Of a stretch of DNA of 42,454 bases, positions 27,255-38,084 are shown piece after piece. The notes beneath the pieces were generated by a model, which saw nothing but the letters and a program-made list of their open reading frames with translations, did no database searches and was not told the origin of the DNA. The DNA is from Patescibacteria group bacterium (GTDB taxonomy: Bacteria > Patescibacteriota > Minisyncoccia > Phycocordibacterales > SIBU01): contig JBBTUO010000025.1 in NCBI GenBank assembly GCA_038063715.1, positions 1 through 42,454 of the forward strand, read 5' to 3'. Each line of letters opens with the position of its first letter. Positions within the stretch are counted from its first letter, which is position 1. Made by a program: the position numbers and the translations under genes.

Positions 27255-27307
27255 ATCGATAGTATATACTTTAATCTATCAACCTCACACGTATATCCAC
27301 ACCCCTA

Positions 27308-27336
27308 TTGACATTGTAATAGCCTTGGTATATACT
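27308..27336 (+). promoter_or_regulatory. Putative sigma70 promoter of rpoBC
   Basis: TTGACA-N17-TATACT. Confidence 0.7.
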
Positions 27337-27529
27337 TCCCCCAATCTTCGCAAGATTGTGTCACAGGGGAAAGGCGAGATAAACGAAGGATTACAAGGTT
27401 AATTGGTCCTCATCTTGTCGAACAACAACTAAATAACCAAAAATTATTTTGGAAGCCTTTTAAAAAGGGCCATTTTTTGTTTGTACAAAAATTATCAAGT
27501 TCGGTTTTAATAATTTATTAAAAAGTTTT

Positions 27530-30500
27530 ATGAACATCCAAAAGATTTTTCGAAACGGCAGTACTGAGCAGATCGTCCCAACCGAAACCGGAGGCAAGCG
27601 CCCAAAGAAGTATTTCGGAAAGTGGAAGAAACCGTTGACCTCGCTCCCAAACTTTGTGGAGCCACAGATCAAATCTTTTGAGTGGCTCGTGAAGCACGGC
27701 CTTGAAGAGGTGTTCAAGGAATTTTCTTCAATCAAAGACTACGCCGGAAAGAAATTTGAACTTGATTTCACCGGATTCAAACTGTCTGAACCAAAGTACG
27801 ATGAGTACTACGCAAAGGCCAATAAGCTCTCTTATGAAGCGCCCTTGAAAGGAACAGTTCGCCTCAAGAACAAAGTTTTGGGTTCAGTGAAAGAGCAGGA
27901 AATTTTCCTTGCCGATTTTCCAATGATGACTAACCACGGTACCTTTATTGTATCTGGTATCGAGCGCGTTATCGTCCCACAGCTTGCACGATCATTCGGT
28001 ATTTCTTTCACTGCGCAGGATATTAAAGGAGGCCGTTACTTCGGTGCAAAAATTATTCCTTCACGAGGAGCCTGGATTGAGATTGAATCTGATCCAGACG
28101 GCGCGATTTATGTTCGTATCGATCGCAAGCGAAAGTTTGCCGTTACCTCTCTTTTGAGAATCCTCGGTGCAGCCACTGAAAAAGATATTTTCAATCTTTT
28201 TAAAGACAACGAATTTGCTAAAACTGTTCTTGAGAACACCTTTTTGAAGGATCACGCCAAGACAGCTGACGAATCATTTCTTGAAATTCACAAGCGACTT
28301 CGCGATGGCGACCTTGGTACCGTCGACAACGCTCGCGAATTTATTAAATCAATTTGGAGTGTAGAGCGTTATGATATTTCAAAGGTTGGACGTTTTCGCT
28401 TCAACAAGCGATTCGGTAAAGGTATGGACGATAAGGCTATCGCCATTCGCACCATTACTCTTGATGATGTGGTGACTATCGTTTCGCATGTCATTACTTT
28501 GAACAATACCCCGGGTGCTATCGAGGACGATATCGATCACTTGGGTTCTCGCCGTGTCCGTTTTGTCGGTGAACTTATGCAACAGAAGATCCGCGTCGGT
28601 ATGTCCCAGATCAAGCGAAACATTCAGGACAGAATGTCTACTGTGGATCCAGATGTTACGATGCCGGTGCAATTTATTTCACCAAAACCTCTTCAAGCAC
28701 GATTGAAAGAATTCTTCACAACCAACCAGCTCTCGCAATTCATGCTTCAGGAAAATATTCTTTCCGAGCTTGAACACTTGCGAACCCTTTCAGCCCTTGG
28801 TCCCGGCGGTCTTACTCGAGAGCGAGCCGGTTTCGAAGTCCGCGACGTGCACCCATCTCACTACGGTCGCCTTTGCCCGATCCACACACCAGAAGGTCCG
28901 AACATCGGTCTGATTCTTCGCCTTGCCACATACGCAACTATCAACGATTTCGGCATGATCGAAACTCCTTACGCTAAAGTTGTAAATGGAAAAATCACAA
29001 AGGAAATTCAGTATCTCGACGCAATGGCTGAAGAGACCTTCAAAATTGCTCACGCCGCAACTGACTATAATGAAGACGGCACAATCACTACTAAGGAAGT
29101 GGAAATTCGTATCAACGGCAAGCCAGGTCTCTGTTCACCAAAAGAAGTGGATTATATTGACGTGGCAACAAACCAGGCATTTTCAATCGCGACCTCGATG
29201 ATTCCATTCTTGAACCACGACGATGCCAACCGAGCATTGATGGGTTCGAACATGGAAAAGCAGGCTACTCCTTGTATTATTCCTGAGGCTCCACTCGTTG
29301 CGACCGGTGTTGAAGGTAGAGCGGCAGAGGACAGTGGACGAATTGTGCTCGCACAGGAGGACGGCGTTGTTACACATATTGATGCATCACGAATTGTTGT
29401 TAAAAATACAAAGGGCAAAGAGCACGGCCACACTCTTGTAAATTTCTCACGAACAAACGGTTTTACCGCATTTCATCAGCGCCCATCGGTTAATCTTGGC
29501 GACGCTGTAAAGAAAGGCGATCTTTTGGCTGACACTTCTTCTTCAGACAACGGTCAGATTGCCCTAGGTCAGAACATGCTCGTAGCTTTCATGTCATGGT
29601 CAGGAGCCAACTACGAAGACGCTATCATTATTTCAGAAAGATTGGTTAAGAATGCAAAGTTTAGCTCAATTCACATTGAGGAGTTCGTGGTCAATGTTCG
29701 CGACACCAAGCTCGGTCCCGAAATTACCACCCACGACATTCCAAATGTGGGTGAATCAAAATTGAAAAATCTCGACGAAGATGGTGTTGTCCGAATCGGA
29801 GCCGAAGTACGCCCAGGCGATATTTTGGTTGGTAAAATTACACCAAAGGGCGAGACTCAGCTCACTCCAGAGGAAAGATTGCTACGCTCACTCTTCGGTG
29901 AAAAGGCTCGCGATGTCAAAGATACATCAAAGAGAATGGAAGGAGGCAAGCGCGGCCGAATTATCGGAATCAAAGTATTTTCTCGCGACAAGGGTGACAA
30001 GCTCGACTCAGGTATCATCAAGCGAATTCATATTGAAGTTGCAGAACTTCGTACCGTATCCGTGGGAGACAAGCTCGCCGGACGCCACGGTAACAAGGGT
30101 GTTATCTCAAAGATTTTGCCAGAAGAGGATATGCCATACATGCCAGACGGCCGACCAGTGGATGTTATTTTGACCCCACTCGGTGTGCCTTCTCGTATGA
30201 ACTTGGGTCAGATTTTGGAACTGCACCTCGGTCTTGCTGCTCAGATTAATGGATACCAGGCTATCGTGCCTCCATTTGCCGGTGCATCTGAAACTGAAAT
30301 TAAGGAGGAATTGGTGAAGGCCGGAATTCCAGCTTCAGGAAAAGTGAAATTGTATGACGGCCGAACCGGTGAAGCCTTTGATCAGGATATCGCTATCGGT
30401 TATATGTACATTCTGAAACTCCATCACATGGTTGAAGACAAGATTCACATGCGTTCAATTGGTCCGTACTCTCTCATTACTCAACAGCCACTCGGAGGTA

Positions 30501-30799
30501 AAGCTCAAGGTGGAGGTCAGAGATTCGGAGAAATGGAAGTCTGGGCGCTTCTTGGTCACGGTGCCGCTCACACCCTTCGGGAAATACTCACAATCAAATC
30601 AGACGACATCGTTGGACGATCGGCAGCATTCGACTCTATTGTTAAGGGTCAGGAAATTACAGAATCAAACGCACCCGCTTCATTCAATGTTTTGCTCAAC
30701 AACCTTCGAGGACTTTCACTCGATGTTGAATTAAAGGGTGAACATATGGATGAGCCCGAGGTCAAAAGGTCGCAATCAAGAGGCTCGTACGATCGCTAA
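27530..30799 (+). CDS. rpoB: RNA polymerase beta subunit
   Basis: VRDVHPSHYGRLCPIHTPEGPNIGL, GDKLAGRHGNKG, GGQRFGEME. Confidence 0.99.
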   Translation: MNIQKIFRNGSTEQIVPTETGGKRPKKYFGKWKKPLTSLPNFVEPQIKSFEWLVKHGLEEVFKEFSSIKDYAGKKFELDFTGFKLSEPKYDEYYAKANKLSYEAPLKGTVRLKNKVLGSVKEQEIFLADFPMMTNHGTFIVSGIERVIVPQLARSFGISFTAQDIKGGRYFGAKIIPSRGAWIEIESDPDGAIYVRIDRKRKFAVTSLLRILGAATEKDIFNLFKDNEFAKTVLENTFLKDHAKTADESFLEIHKRLRDGDLGTVDNAREFIKSIWSVERYDISKVGRFRFNKRFGKGMDDKAIAIRTITLDDVVTIVSHVITLNNTPGAIEDDIDHLGSRRVRFVGELMQQKIRVGMSQIKRNIQDRMSTVDPDVTMPVQFISPKPLQARLKEFFTTNQLSQFMLQENILSELEHLRTLSALGPGGLTRERAGFEVRDVHPSHYGRLCPIHTPEGPNIGLILRLATYATINDFGMIETPYAKVVNGKITKEIQYLDAMAEETFKIAHAATDYNEDGTITTKEVEIRINGKPGLCSPKEVDYIDVATNQAFSIATSMIPFLNHDDANRALMGSNMEKQATPCIIPEAPLVATGVEGRAAEDSGRIVLAQEDGVVTHIDASRIVVKNTKGKEHGHTLVNFSRTNGFTAFHQRPSVNLGDAVKKGDLLADTSSSDNGQIALGQNMLVAFMSWSGANYEDAIIISERLVKNAKFSSIHIEEFVVNVRDTKLGPEITTHDIPNVGESKLKNLDEDGVVRIGAEVRPGDILVGKITPKGETQLTPEERLLRSLFGEKARDVKDTSKRMEGGKRGRIIGIKVFSRDKGDKLDSGIIKRIHIEVAELRTVSVGDKLAGRHGNKGVISKILPEEDMPYMPDGRPVDVILTPLGVPSRMNLGQILELHLGLAAQINGYQAIVPPFAGASETEIKEELVKAGIPASGKVKLYDGRTGEAFDQDIAIGYMYILKLHHMVEDKIHMRSIGPYSLITQQPLGGKAQGGGQRFGEMEVWALLGHGAAHTLREILTIKSDDIVGRSAAFDSIVKGQEITESNAPASFNVLLNNLRGLSLDVELKGEHMDEPEVKRSQSRGSYDR

Positions 30800-30817
30800 A
30801 AATAGTAACGAAATACC

Positions 30818-33800
30818 ATGAAATCAAAAACAATCTCAAATATAAATAATTTCGATACTATCAGCCTCAAGATCGCGTCACCTGACCGTATTAAGGAATG
30901 GTCATTCGGTGAGGTTACCAAGCCAGAAACTATCAACTACCGAACACAGCGAAGTGAAAAGTCCGGTCTTTTCGACGAGAAAATCTTCGGTCCAGATCGA
31001 GACTACGAATGTTACTGTGGAAAATATCGCGGTATTCGCTATAAAGGAATTGTCTGTGAAAAATGTGGAGTGGAAATTACACGATCAATTGTCCGCCGAG
31101 AGCGCATGGGTCACATTGATCTTGCTACCCCTGTTTCTCATATCTGGTTCCTTCGCTCAATGCCATCACGCCTCGGCCTTATTCTTGGTATGGCGACTGG
31201 CGATCTTGAAAAAGTAATTTACTTTGCCGGATACATCATTACCAAAGTTTTTGCCGATGAACGCGCACAGATTTTGAAGGACCTTGATTCAGAATACAAA
31301 TCAAAGGTGAAGTCGCTCGTGGACGAAAAGTCTAAAGAGGCGATTAAGGAAAAGTGTGTTGAGGCTAAAAAAGAAATCGAAGGCATTGAAGAGGGGGTTG
31401 TGCTCGACGAAGTCGCGTACCACGCATTCTCAATGAAATACAGTACCTTGTTTGAGGCCGCTATTGGCGCCGAGGCTGTTTACGAGCTTTGCCGAAACAT
31501 TGATCTCAAAAAACTTGAAGCCAAGCTTGAGGAGCAGTTCCAAAAGGCCAGCTCACTTGAAAAAGACAAGATCAACAAGCGACTTTCACTTGTACGATCA
31601 ATGGTTATTTCCAACATTCGCCCAGAGTGGATGTTTTTGACACGAATTCCTGTTATTCCTCCTGCGCTTCGACCGATGGTTCCATTGGACGGAGGACGAT
31701 ACGCGACATCTGATGTAAACGACCTTTACCGACGTGTCATCAACCGAAACAACCGCCTCAAAAAGCTCAAGGAAATCAATGCGCCGGAAGTTATTTTGCG
31801 CAACGAAAAAAGAATTCTCCAGGAAGCTGTCGACTCTCTTATCGACAACTCAATTCGACACGGCAACACTCCTTCAGGTGCTCTGAATCAATCTCAGCGC
31901 AGACCGCTCAAATCTCTTGCAGACAACTTGAAAGGTAAGCGAGGTCTTTTCCGCCAGAACCTTCTCGGTAAGCGCGTGGACTATTCCGCTCGTTCGGTTA
32001 TCGTCGTGGGTCCTGAATTGAAACTCGACCAATGTGGTTTGCCAAAACACATGGCTCTTGAACTTTTCAAGCCATTCGTGATTGGCGAACTTTTGCGCCG
32101 TGAGTTGGCATTCAACATCCGTGGTGCAGGCCGTCTTATCGATGAAGATATTCCAGAGGTCTGGGCAATTCTCGAAGATATTACAAAAGACAAATATGTT
32201 CTTTTGAACCGTGCTCCGACGTTGCACCGCCTCGGTATTCAGGCTTTCCGACCAGTGCTCATTGAGGGTAACGCTATTCATGTTCACCCGCTTGTTTGTA
32301 CTGCATTCAACGCTGACTTCGACGGAGACCAGATGGCTGTTCACTTGCCACTCGGTGTTGAGGCACAGCTTGAAGCAAAGGAAATAATGGCTTCAGACAA
32401 AAACATTTTGAAGCCTGGAAACGGCGATCCAATTGTGTCTGCAAAAATGCTCGATATCGTGCTCGGCTGTTATTGGATGACCAAAATTATTCCGGGAGCA
32501 AACGGAGAAGGAAAAGCATTCTCAAGTCCAAATGCCGCCATTACCGCTTTCAACTTCGGCGCTGTAGACTTCCGCGCAAAAGTAAAAGTACTTGGTACTG
32601 AAAACTTGAAGTACAAGGAATTTGCCGGAACATTGTTTGAGACATCTGTCGGACGACTTTTGTTCAACAGTGTGCTTCCTTCAGATTACCCATACATCAA
32701 TGGTGATATTGAACGAAAGAAAATGGCTGGACTTGTTGATGACCTAATCAATAAGTACGGTATCGGTAACATTCCTCCAATCATGGACAAGATTAAGGCT
32801 TTTGGTTTCAAGTATGCAACTTATTCTGGCGTAACCTGGGGTATTGATGATGTAAATATTCCTGAAAAGAAGCCAGATGTTATTAACGCAGCTAAAAAGA
32901 AATCTGAAGAGGTAACGACACAGTATAATGACGGACTTCTTTCAAAAGAAGAGAAGCTTCGTAAGAATATTGAAATTTGGCACGGTGCGAAAAATGAAAT
33001 TGAAAAATTAATTCCCGCCACCTTGCCGGTCAACGGCTCAGTGCACGACATGGTGTTTTCTGGTGCTCGAGGTTCTTTCTCACAGATTACACAGATGGCA
33101 GGTATGAAAGGTCTTATTCAGAATACTGCCGGTGAGACAATCGAGTTCCCAATTCTTTCTTCTATGAAGGAGGGTTTGACCCCAATTGAGTATTTCATTA
33201 CTACTCACGGTTCACGTAAGGGTCTTACTGACACCGCACTTAACACTGCGAAGGCCGGTTACCTCACTCGTAAATTGTTCGTTGCCGCTCAAGACACGAT
33301 TATTACTGAAGAAGACTGCGGTACCAAAGAATCAATTGTGGTTAAGCGTGTTGGTGCTATGGGTGTAGATGTTACACTCGCCAAGCATATTAAAGGACGC
33401 TATCTTGGCGCCGATGTTCTGGGTAAGGATAGCGAAGTATTGTTCAAGAAGGGGACACTCCTTTCAAAGATCGATGCTGGAAAGATTCAGGATGCAGGTG
33501 TTGCCGAAGTAAAAGTTCGTTCACCACTCACATGTAAATCAGCTCCTGGTATTTGTGTAAAATGTTACGGAGTGGATCTTGGTAAATATCAATCAGTCGG
33601 TATTGGCGAAGCTGTCGGTACAGTTGCCGCACAAGCTATCGGTGAACCAGGTACACAGCTTACAATGCGTACATTCCACGCCGGAGGTACTGCGTCAGTC
33701 GGTGGAGACATTACACAAGGTTTGCCTCGCGTTGAAGAATTGTTTGAGAAGCGCGCACCAAAGAATCCTGCCATTGTCAGTCATGTCGATGGTGTGATTT

Positions 33801-34489
33801 CAGAAATCCGCGATTCAGGTAAGGAAAAGGTGATTATCGTGATTCCTGATATTGGTGATAAATCAAAGACGAAGAAAGCCAAGAGTGAAATTGAATATGA
33901 ACTAAGTTATAACCGTATGCCTCTCGTTAAGGCGGGTGACACAGTCAAGAAAGGAGATGTCATTACTGACGGTTCAGTCGATATCGACGAGCTCTTCAAG
34001 TACGCCGGTCATGAGAAAACTCAGGAATATATTATTGCTGAAGTTACCAAACCGTACGAACTCCAGGGTGAAACTGTATCTCGCAAGCACATTGAGGTTA
34101 TTGTGCGACAAATGTTCTCGCGCCGAAAAGTTTTGGATGGAGGAAGCACTTCTTTCTCCACAGGCGAAGTGTCAGATCTCTATCAGCTGGGACTTGAAAA
34201 TGATAAAGCAAAAGAAGCTGGAACTGAGGAAGCAAAAACCGAAAATATGGTTATGGGTATTTCCGAAGTATCACTATCACGCAAGAGCTTCTTGTCAGCT
34301 GCTTCATTCCAGCACACCACTCGCGTACTTATCAACGCTGCTATTCGTGGTAATGAGGACAAGTTGCTCGGTCTCATGGAAAACGTCATTATCGGGCGCT
34401 TGATTCCTGCCGGAACTGGAGTTCTTGGAGGTGCGAAAGCAACACTCATCAAAGAGAAGGGGGACGAGGCAAAGGCACTCAAGGCTTAA
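30818..34489 (+). CDS. rpoC: RNA polymerase beta-prime subunit
   Basis: Zinc finger CYCGKY...CEKC, NADFDGDQM, GEPGTQLTMRTFH. Confidence 0.99.
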   Translation: MKSKTISNINNFDTISLKIASPDRIKEWSFGEVTKPETINYRTQRSEKSGLFDEKIFGPDRDYECYCGKYRGIRYKGIVCEKCGVEITRSIVRRERMGHIDLATPVSHIWFLRSMPSRLGLILGMATGDLEKVIYFAGYIITKVFADERAQILKDLDSEYKSKVKSLVDEKSKEAIKEKCVEAKKEIEGIEEGVVLDEVAYHAFSMKYSTLFEAAIGAEAVYELCRNIDLKKLEAKLEEQFQKASSLEKDKINKRLSLVRSMVISNIRPEWMFLTRIPVIPPALRPMVPLDGGRYATSDVNDLYRRVINRNNRLKKLKEINAPEVILRNEKRILQEAVDSLIDNSIRHGNTPSGALNQSQRRPLKSLADNLKGKRGLFRQNLLGKRVDYSARSVIVVGPELKLDQCGLPKHMALELFKPFVIGELLRRELAFNIRGAGRLIDEDIPEVWAILEDITKDKYVLLNRAPTLHRLGIQAFRPVLIEGNAIHVHPLVCTAFNADFDGDQMAVHLPLGVEAQLEAKEIMASDKNILKPGNGDPIVSAKMLDIVLGCYWMTKIIPGANGEGKAFSSPNAAITAFNFGAVDFRAKVKVLGTENLKYKEFAGTLFETSVGRLLFNSVLPSDYPYINGDIERKKMAGLVDDLINKYGIGNIPPIMDKIKAFGFKYATYSGVTWGIDDVNIPEKKPDVINAAKKKSEEVTTQYNDGLLSKEEKLRKNIEIWHGAKNEIEKLIPATLPVNGSVHDMVFSGARGSFSQITQMAGMKGLIQNTAGETIEFPILSSMKEGLTPIEYFITTHGSRKGLTDTALNTAKAGYLTRKLFVAAQDTIITEEDCGTKESIVVKRVGAMGVDVTLAKHIKGRYLGADVLGKDSEVLFKKGTLLSKIDAGKIQDAGVAEVKVRSPLTCKSAPGICVKCYGVDLGKYQSVGIGEAVGTVAAQAIGEPGTQLTMRTFHAGGTASVGGDITQGLPRVEELFEKRAPKNPAIVSHVDGVISEIRDSGKEKVIIVIPDIGDKSKTKKAKSEIEYELSYNRMPLVKAGDTVKKGDVITDGSVDIDELFKYAGHEKTQEYIIAEVTKPYELQGETVSRKHIEVIVRQMFSRRKVLDGGSTSFSTGEVSDLYQLGLENDKAKEAGTEEAKTENMVMGISEVSLSRKSFLSAASFQHTTRVLINAAIRGNEDKLLGLMENVIIGRLIPAGTGVLGGAKATLIKEKGDEAKALKA

Positions 34490-34493
34490 TATA

Positions 34494-34602
34494 GATACGA
34501 ACATACGAATTGTACGAATATACGAAGCCATACGAACACAAGAGTTGTGTTAAAAGGTTTTCGTATATATTCGTATTTTCGTTTTCGTTCGTATATTGGT
34601 AT
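34494..34602. repeat. Inverted array of TACGAA / TTCGTA units
   Basis: TACGAA at 34496, 34504, 34513, 34521, 34531; central hairpin; TTCGT(A/T) at 34560, 34570, 34578, 34584, 34588. Confidence 0.8.
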
Positions 34603-34642
34603 TAATAAGCGAATTAGGGAGGTGCTATAATTAAGCTTATTT

Positions 34643-36406
34643 ATGGGAAGCTCCGTCGAACAAATTAAAGAACGGCTTGGGATTGCTGACGTTGTTGGTT
34701 CGTACGTTAAGCTTGAAAAAGCCGGCAGCAATTATAAGGCACGGTGTCCTTTTCACAACGAAAAGACGCCGTCTTTCTTCGTGTCGCCCGCTCGCGGTTC
34801 GTATTTTTGTTTTGGTTGTAATGCGAAAGGAGATATTTTTTCTTTTGTGGAGCAGTTTGAGGGCCTAGATTTTGTCGGGTCGCTCAAGGTTCTGGCACAA
34901 AGGGCTGGTGTTGAGCTCGTGCGGGAAAATCCCAAAGCCAAAAACGAAAAGGACCGACTGTATCGAGCGCTCGACGTTGCAACAGATTTTTTTGAAAAAA
35001 CTCTAACGACTGATACTGAGGCAAAAGAGTATCTTGAAAAGCGTGGGGTAAAACCAGTGACGATTAAAGAATGGCGATTGGGTTTCGCGCCGGATTCCTG
35101 GAGCGGATTGTATGAAGAGATGGTTAAGCAAGGATTTACCGCTCTAGAAATGCAGGCAGTAGGATTGGTCAAGAAGAGTGATAAATCTGGAGGCGGATTC
35201 TACGACTTTTTTCGAGGCCGAATTATGTTTCCGATTTTTGACAGCTCAGAAAGAGTGATAGGTTTTTCTGGTAGAATTTTGCCGCGCTTGGATGATGGTA
35301 AAACTGGTAAATATGTAAATAGTCCTGAAACCGCGCTCTTCAACAAATCTCGAGTTCTTTACGGCCTCCACAAGGCCAAATTCGACATCAGGAAGCGCGA
35401 TTATTCGATTATGGTAGAAGGTCAAATGGACCTCATCATGTCGCACCAGGCCGGTTTTACTAATACGGTCGCGGTGTCGGGAACGGCGCTTTCTGCCGAC
35501 ACAATGTCGGACGATACAGTTACAAATTTGGGACTCCTGACACGCCTTTCGAAAAATATTATTTTGTCATTTGATTCAGACGAGGCCGGGTTCAAGGCTT
35601 CGGCTCGTAACGCGAAGACGGCGTTGTCGCTCGGTATGGATGTGAAGGTCGCGAAGATGCCAGCCGGGGATGATCCGGCTGATATTATCTTGCGAAGTCC
35701 TACGGAGTGGGCAGATATTATCAAACACTCGAAGCATGTGATTGATTTTTCTCTTGAAACCTTACTTGAGAAGAAACTGGAACCTCGGAAGCTCGGTAGG
35801 GAAGTCGTGACGCTAATTTTGCCCTATATTCAATCGCTTCAGAGCGCCGTAGACCAATCACATTTCATAACCAAAATTGCTTCTGGCGCCGGGATAAAAG
35901 AGGATGCGCTGTGGGCTGAATTTAAAAAGATTTCAACGACAAACACAACGCAGTCTGTGAATATCTCGAATACGGTTCCGGTTCAGACAGGGTCATTTTC
36001 CCGCAGAAGTATTATCGAGAAAAAACTTTTAGGAATTATATTTTGGCAGGAGGGAAAAGAAAAACCAACGATTGATATTCTAAAGATTCGAGAAAGCTTT
36101 TCACATGTGGTGGGTGCTGAGGCCCTCCTAGTACTTGTGGAGAGTTTTAAAGCAACAAAAAATGATCTTATTTTTCAGGCCGAGTTGTCATATGAACAAG
36201 CTTCGAACCTTCAACATGAAATTACTGAACTTTTGATTAATCTTGAAATGGAAACTATAGACCAGCGGCTCGAGGAAGTGATGAGACGAGTGTATGGGCA
36301 AAAGGCTCAGGGCAGTAAGGAGGATATTGAATTGATTCAAAAACTTTCAACGCAAAAAGAAAAGCTCAGGACTCGTCGTCACGGCCTTGATAATTCCTCA
36401 TTTTAA
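34643..36406 (+). CDS. dnaG: DNA primase
   Basis: [55 protein letters not shown]. Confidence 0.97.
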   Translation: MGSSVEQIKERLGIADVVGSYVKLEKAGSNYKARCPFHNEKTPSFFVSPARGSYFCFGCNAKGDIFSFVEQFEGLDFVGSLKVLAQRAGVELVRENPKAKNEKDRLYRALDVATDFFEKTLTTDTEAKEYLEKRGVKPVTIKEWRLGFAPDSWSGLYEEMVKQGFTALEMQAVGLVKKSDKSGGGFYDFFRGRIMFPIFDSSERVIGFSGRILPRLDDGKTGKYVNSPETALFNKSRVLYGLHKAKFDIRKRDYSIMVEGQMDLIMSHQAGFTNTVAVSGTALSADTMSDDTVTNLGLLTRLSKNIILSFDSDEAGFKASARNAKTALSLGMDVKVAKMPAGDDPADIILRSPTEWADIIKHSKHVIDFSLETLLEKKLEPRKLGREVVTLILPYIQSLQSAVDQSHFITKIASGAGIKEDALWAEFKKISTTNTTQSVNISNTVPVQTGSFSRRSIIEKKLLGIIFWQEGKEKPTIDILKIRESFSHVVGAEALLVLVESFKATKNDLIFQAELSYEQASNLQHEITELLINLEMETIDQRLEEVMRRVYGQKAQGSKEDIELIQKLSTQKEKLRTRRHGLDNSSF

Positions 36407-36428
36407 TAGTATACTTACGGCTAAATTT

Positions 36429-37634
36429 ATGAAAAAAACCAAGAAGAAGGCCCCTAAATCCAAGAAGAAGAAAATAGCTAAAAAGCCCGTAAAGGCTAAG
36501 AAAGTTAAGGCTGTCAAAAAGCTAGCGAAGGTGAAAGCTGTTGTGTCCAAGAAAGATAAGGACATGAATGCCCGCGCACAGAGACTTTTTCTGAAAGGTA
36601 AAGAGCGCGGTTTCGTGACTCATGACGAAATACTTAAAGAATTTCCACACATCGAGGACGATATTCTTTTTCTTGATCAGCTCTACGCAAAACTTCACGA
36701 AGGCAGTATAGATATTTTGGAAAGCGGAGGAATGCTCGATCTCGGAGAAGATGATCCTGTTGCTAAGAAAAATGTGTACTCCGGCCGAACCGCCGATTCT
36801 TCATACGATTCAATTCAAATGTATTTGAAAGAAATCGGTCAGTACCCGCTGATTCACGCTCAGGAAGAAAAAGATTTGGCAAAGAGAATTCAGGTCGGGG
36901 ACTTGGAAGCAAAAAATCTTTTAGCTCGAGCCAACCTCCGCCTCGTTGTTTCAATTGCCAAAAAATATGTCGGCCGTTCACCTGATCTGACTTTGCTCGA
37001 CTTGATTCAAGAGGGTAATCTCGGTCTTTTCAAGGCTGTAGATAAATTTGATTGGACTAAGGGCTACAAGTTTTCAACCTACGCTACCTGGTGGATTCGC
37101 CAGGCTATTACTCGCGCGCTAGCCGACCAGTCTCGTACTATTCGCGTGCCGGTGCACATGGTAGAAACGATTGCCAAGTACAAGCAGGTTGTACGACGTT
37201 TGTCGCAGGATCTCGGACGTGAGCCGTTGCCGGAAGAAATTGCCGTAGAAATGGGTCTTGATGTTGAGAAAGTTTATAATATTGAAAAAATTGATCAGGA
37301 TACCGTATCGCTCGAAAGCCCAGTTGGAGATGAGGGAGATGACGGTAAATCAACTCTCGGAGACTTTTTGCCCGATGATAAAATTTTGTCGCCAGATCAG
37401 GATGCTTCACGCAGAATATTGTCCGATCAAGTTAAAGAAATTTTGAATGATTTGTCTGAAAAAGAGAGACGCATTCTTGAAATGCGACATGGTTTAAATG
37501 ACGGTATCACTCACACGCTCGAAGAAGTAGGACAGAAATTTGGTGTGACTCGCGAGCGTATTCGGCAGATTGAAGCTAAGGCTCATGAGAAGATAAGACA
37601 GCACGATAAGTCCAAGAGATTAGAGAACTACTAA
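36429..37634 (+). CDS. rpoD: Primary sigma factor RpoD/SigA
   Basis: [46 protein letters not shown]; Lys-rich N-terminus; start moved to ATG 36429. Confidence 0.97.
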   Translation: MKKTKKKAPKSKKKKIAKKPVKAKKVKAVKKLAKVKAVVSKKDKDMNARAQRLFLKGKERGFVTHDEILKEFPHIEDDILFLDQLYAKLHEGSIDILESGGMLDLGEDDPVAKKNVYSGRTADSSYDSIQMYLKEIGQYPLIHAQEEKDLAKRIQVGDLEAKNLLARANLRLVVSIAKKYVGRSPDLTLLDLIQEGNLGLFKAVDKFDWTKGYKFSTYATWWIRQAITRALADQSRTIRVPVHMVETIAKYKQVVRRLSQDLGREPLPEEIAVEMGLDVEKVYNIEKIDQDTVSLESPVGDEGDDGKSTLGDFLPDDKILSPDQDASRRILSDQVKEILNDLSEKERRILEMRHGLNDGITHTLEEVGQKFGVTRERIRQIEAKAHEKIRQHDKSKRLENY

Positions 37635-37639
37635 AAAGA

Positions 37640-37678
37640 AAAACAGCCCCGATTCGCAAAGCGAATCGGGGCTGTTTT
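37640..37678. terminator. Bidirectional terminator
   Basis: AAAACAGCCCCGATTCGC-AAA-GCGAATCGGGGCTGTTTT. Confidence 0.85.
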
Positions 37679-37720
37679 AAGCAAGAAAAAAGGCGCTTGT
37701 GGAGCGCCCTAGCGGAGAGA

Positions 37721-38023
37721 TTAAATTGGAATGATCAAGAAGTAATGTCGTTCCGGATCAAAGCCCGGCACGCGAGATCCTGCGAGAGTCAGTGCCTGAC
37801 GGAGTTCTCCGAGCGAGCGCCAGGTTTCTCCGGGTTCATGGATGACACTTGTCGCCAGCAGATCACGAATGTTTTTGATTCTGCGGCTACTGAGAAATTC
37901 CAACGTAAGAGCGTTGAGGGTAATCTCTGCTAAGACTTCTGCGAAGTCCTCGACCGGCATAACCAGGAGGTGTTCAGGTAGATGAGTAACTGGGTCAACC
38001 ACAAGAGGCTCGTTCATAAACAT
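37721..38023 (-). CDS. Small protein resembling a stand-alone RNA polymerase alpha C-terminal domain
   Basis: LLVMPVED...TLNAL...RRIKNIRDLL.TS....RSLGELRQAL..AG; own candidate promoter TTGCCA-N17-TATGCT near 38047-38075. Confidence 0.5.
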   Translation of the reverse strand: MFMNEPLVVDPVTHLPEHLLVMPVEDFAEVLAEITLNALTLEFLSSRRIKNIRDLLATSVIHEPGETWRSLGELRQALTLAGSRVPGFDPERHYFLIIPI

Positions 38024-38084
38024 TTTGGGTTCAAAGGACTGATATAAGCATATTCCACATATTTAATAATGGCAAATTTGGAAA

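Noticed and set aside
34494-34602. CRISPR array
   Set aside because: The units are 6 bp with 2-4 bp gaps and are inverted; there are no repeat-spacer units of CRISPR size and no cas genes
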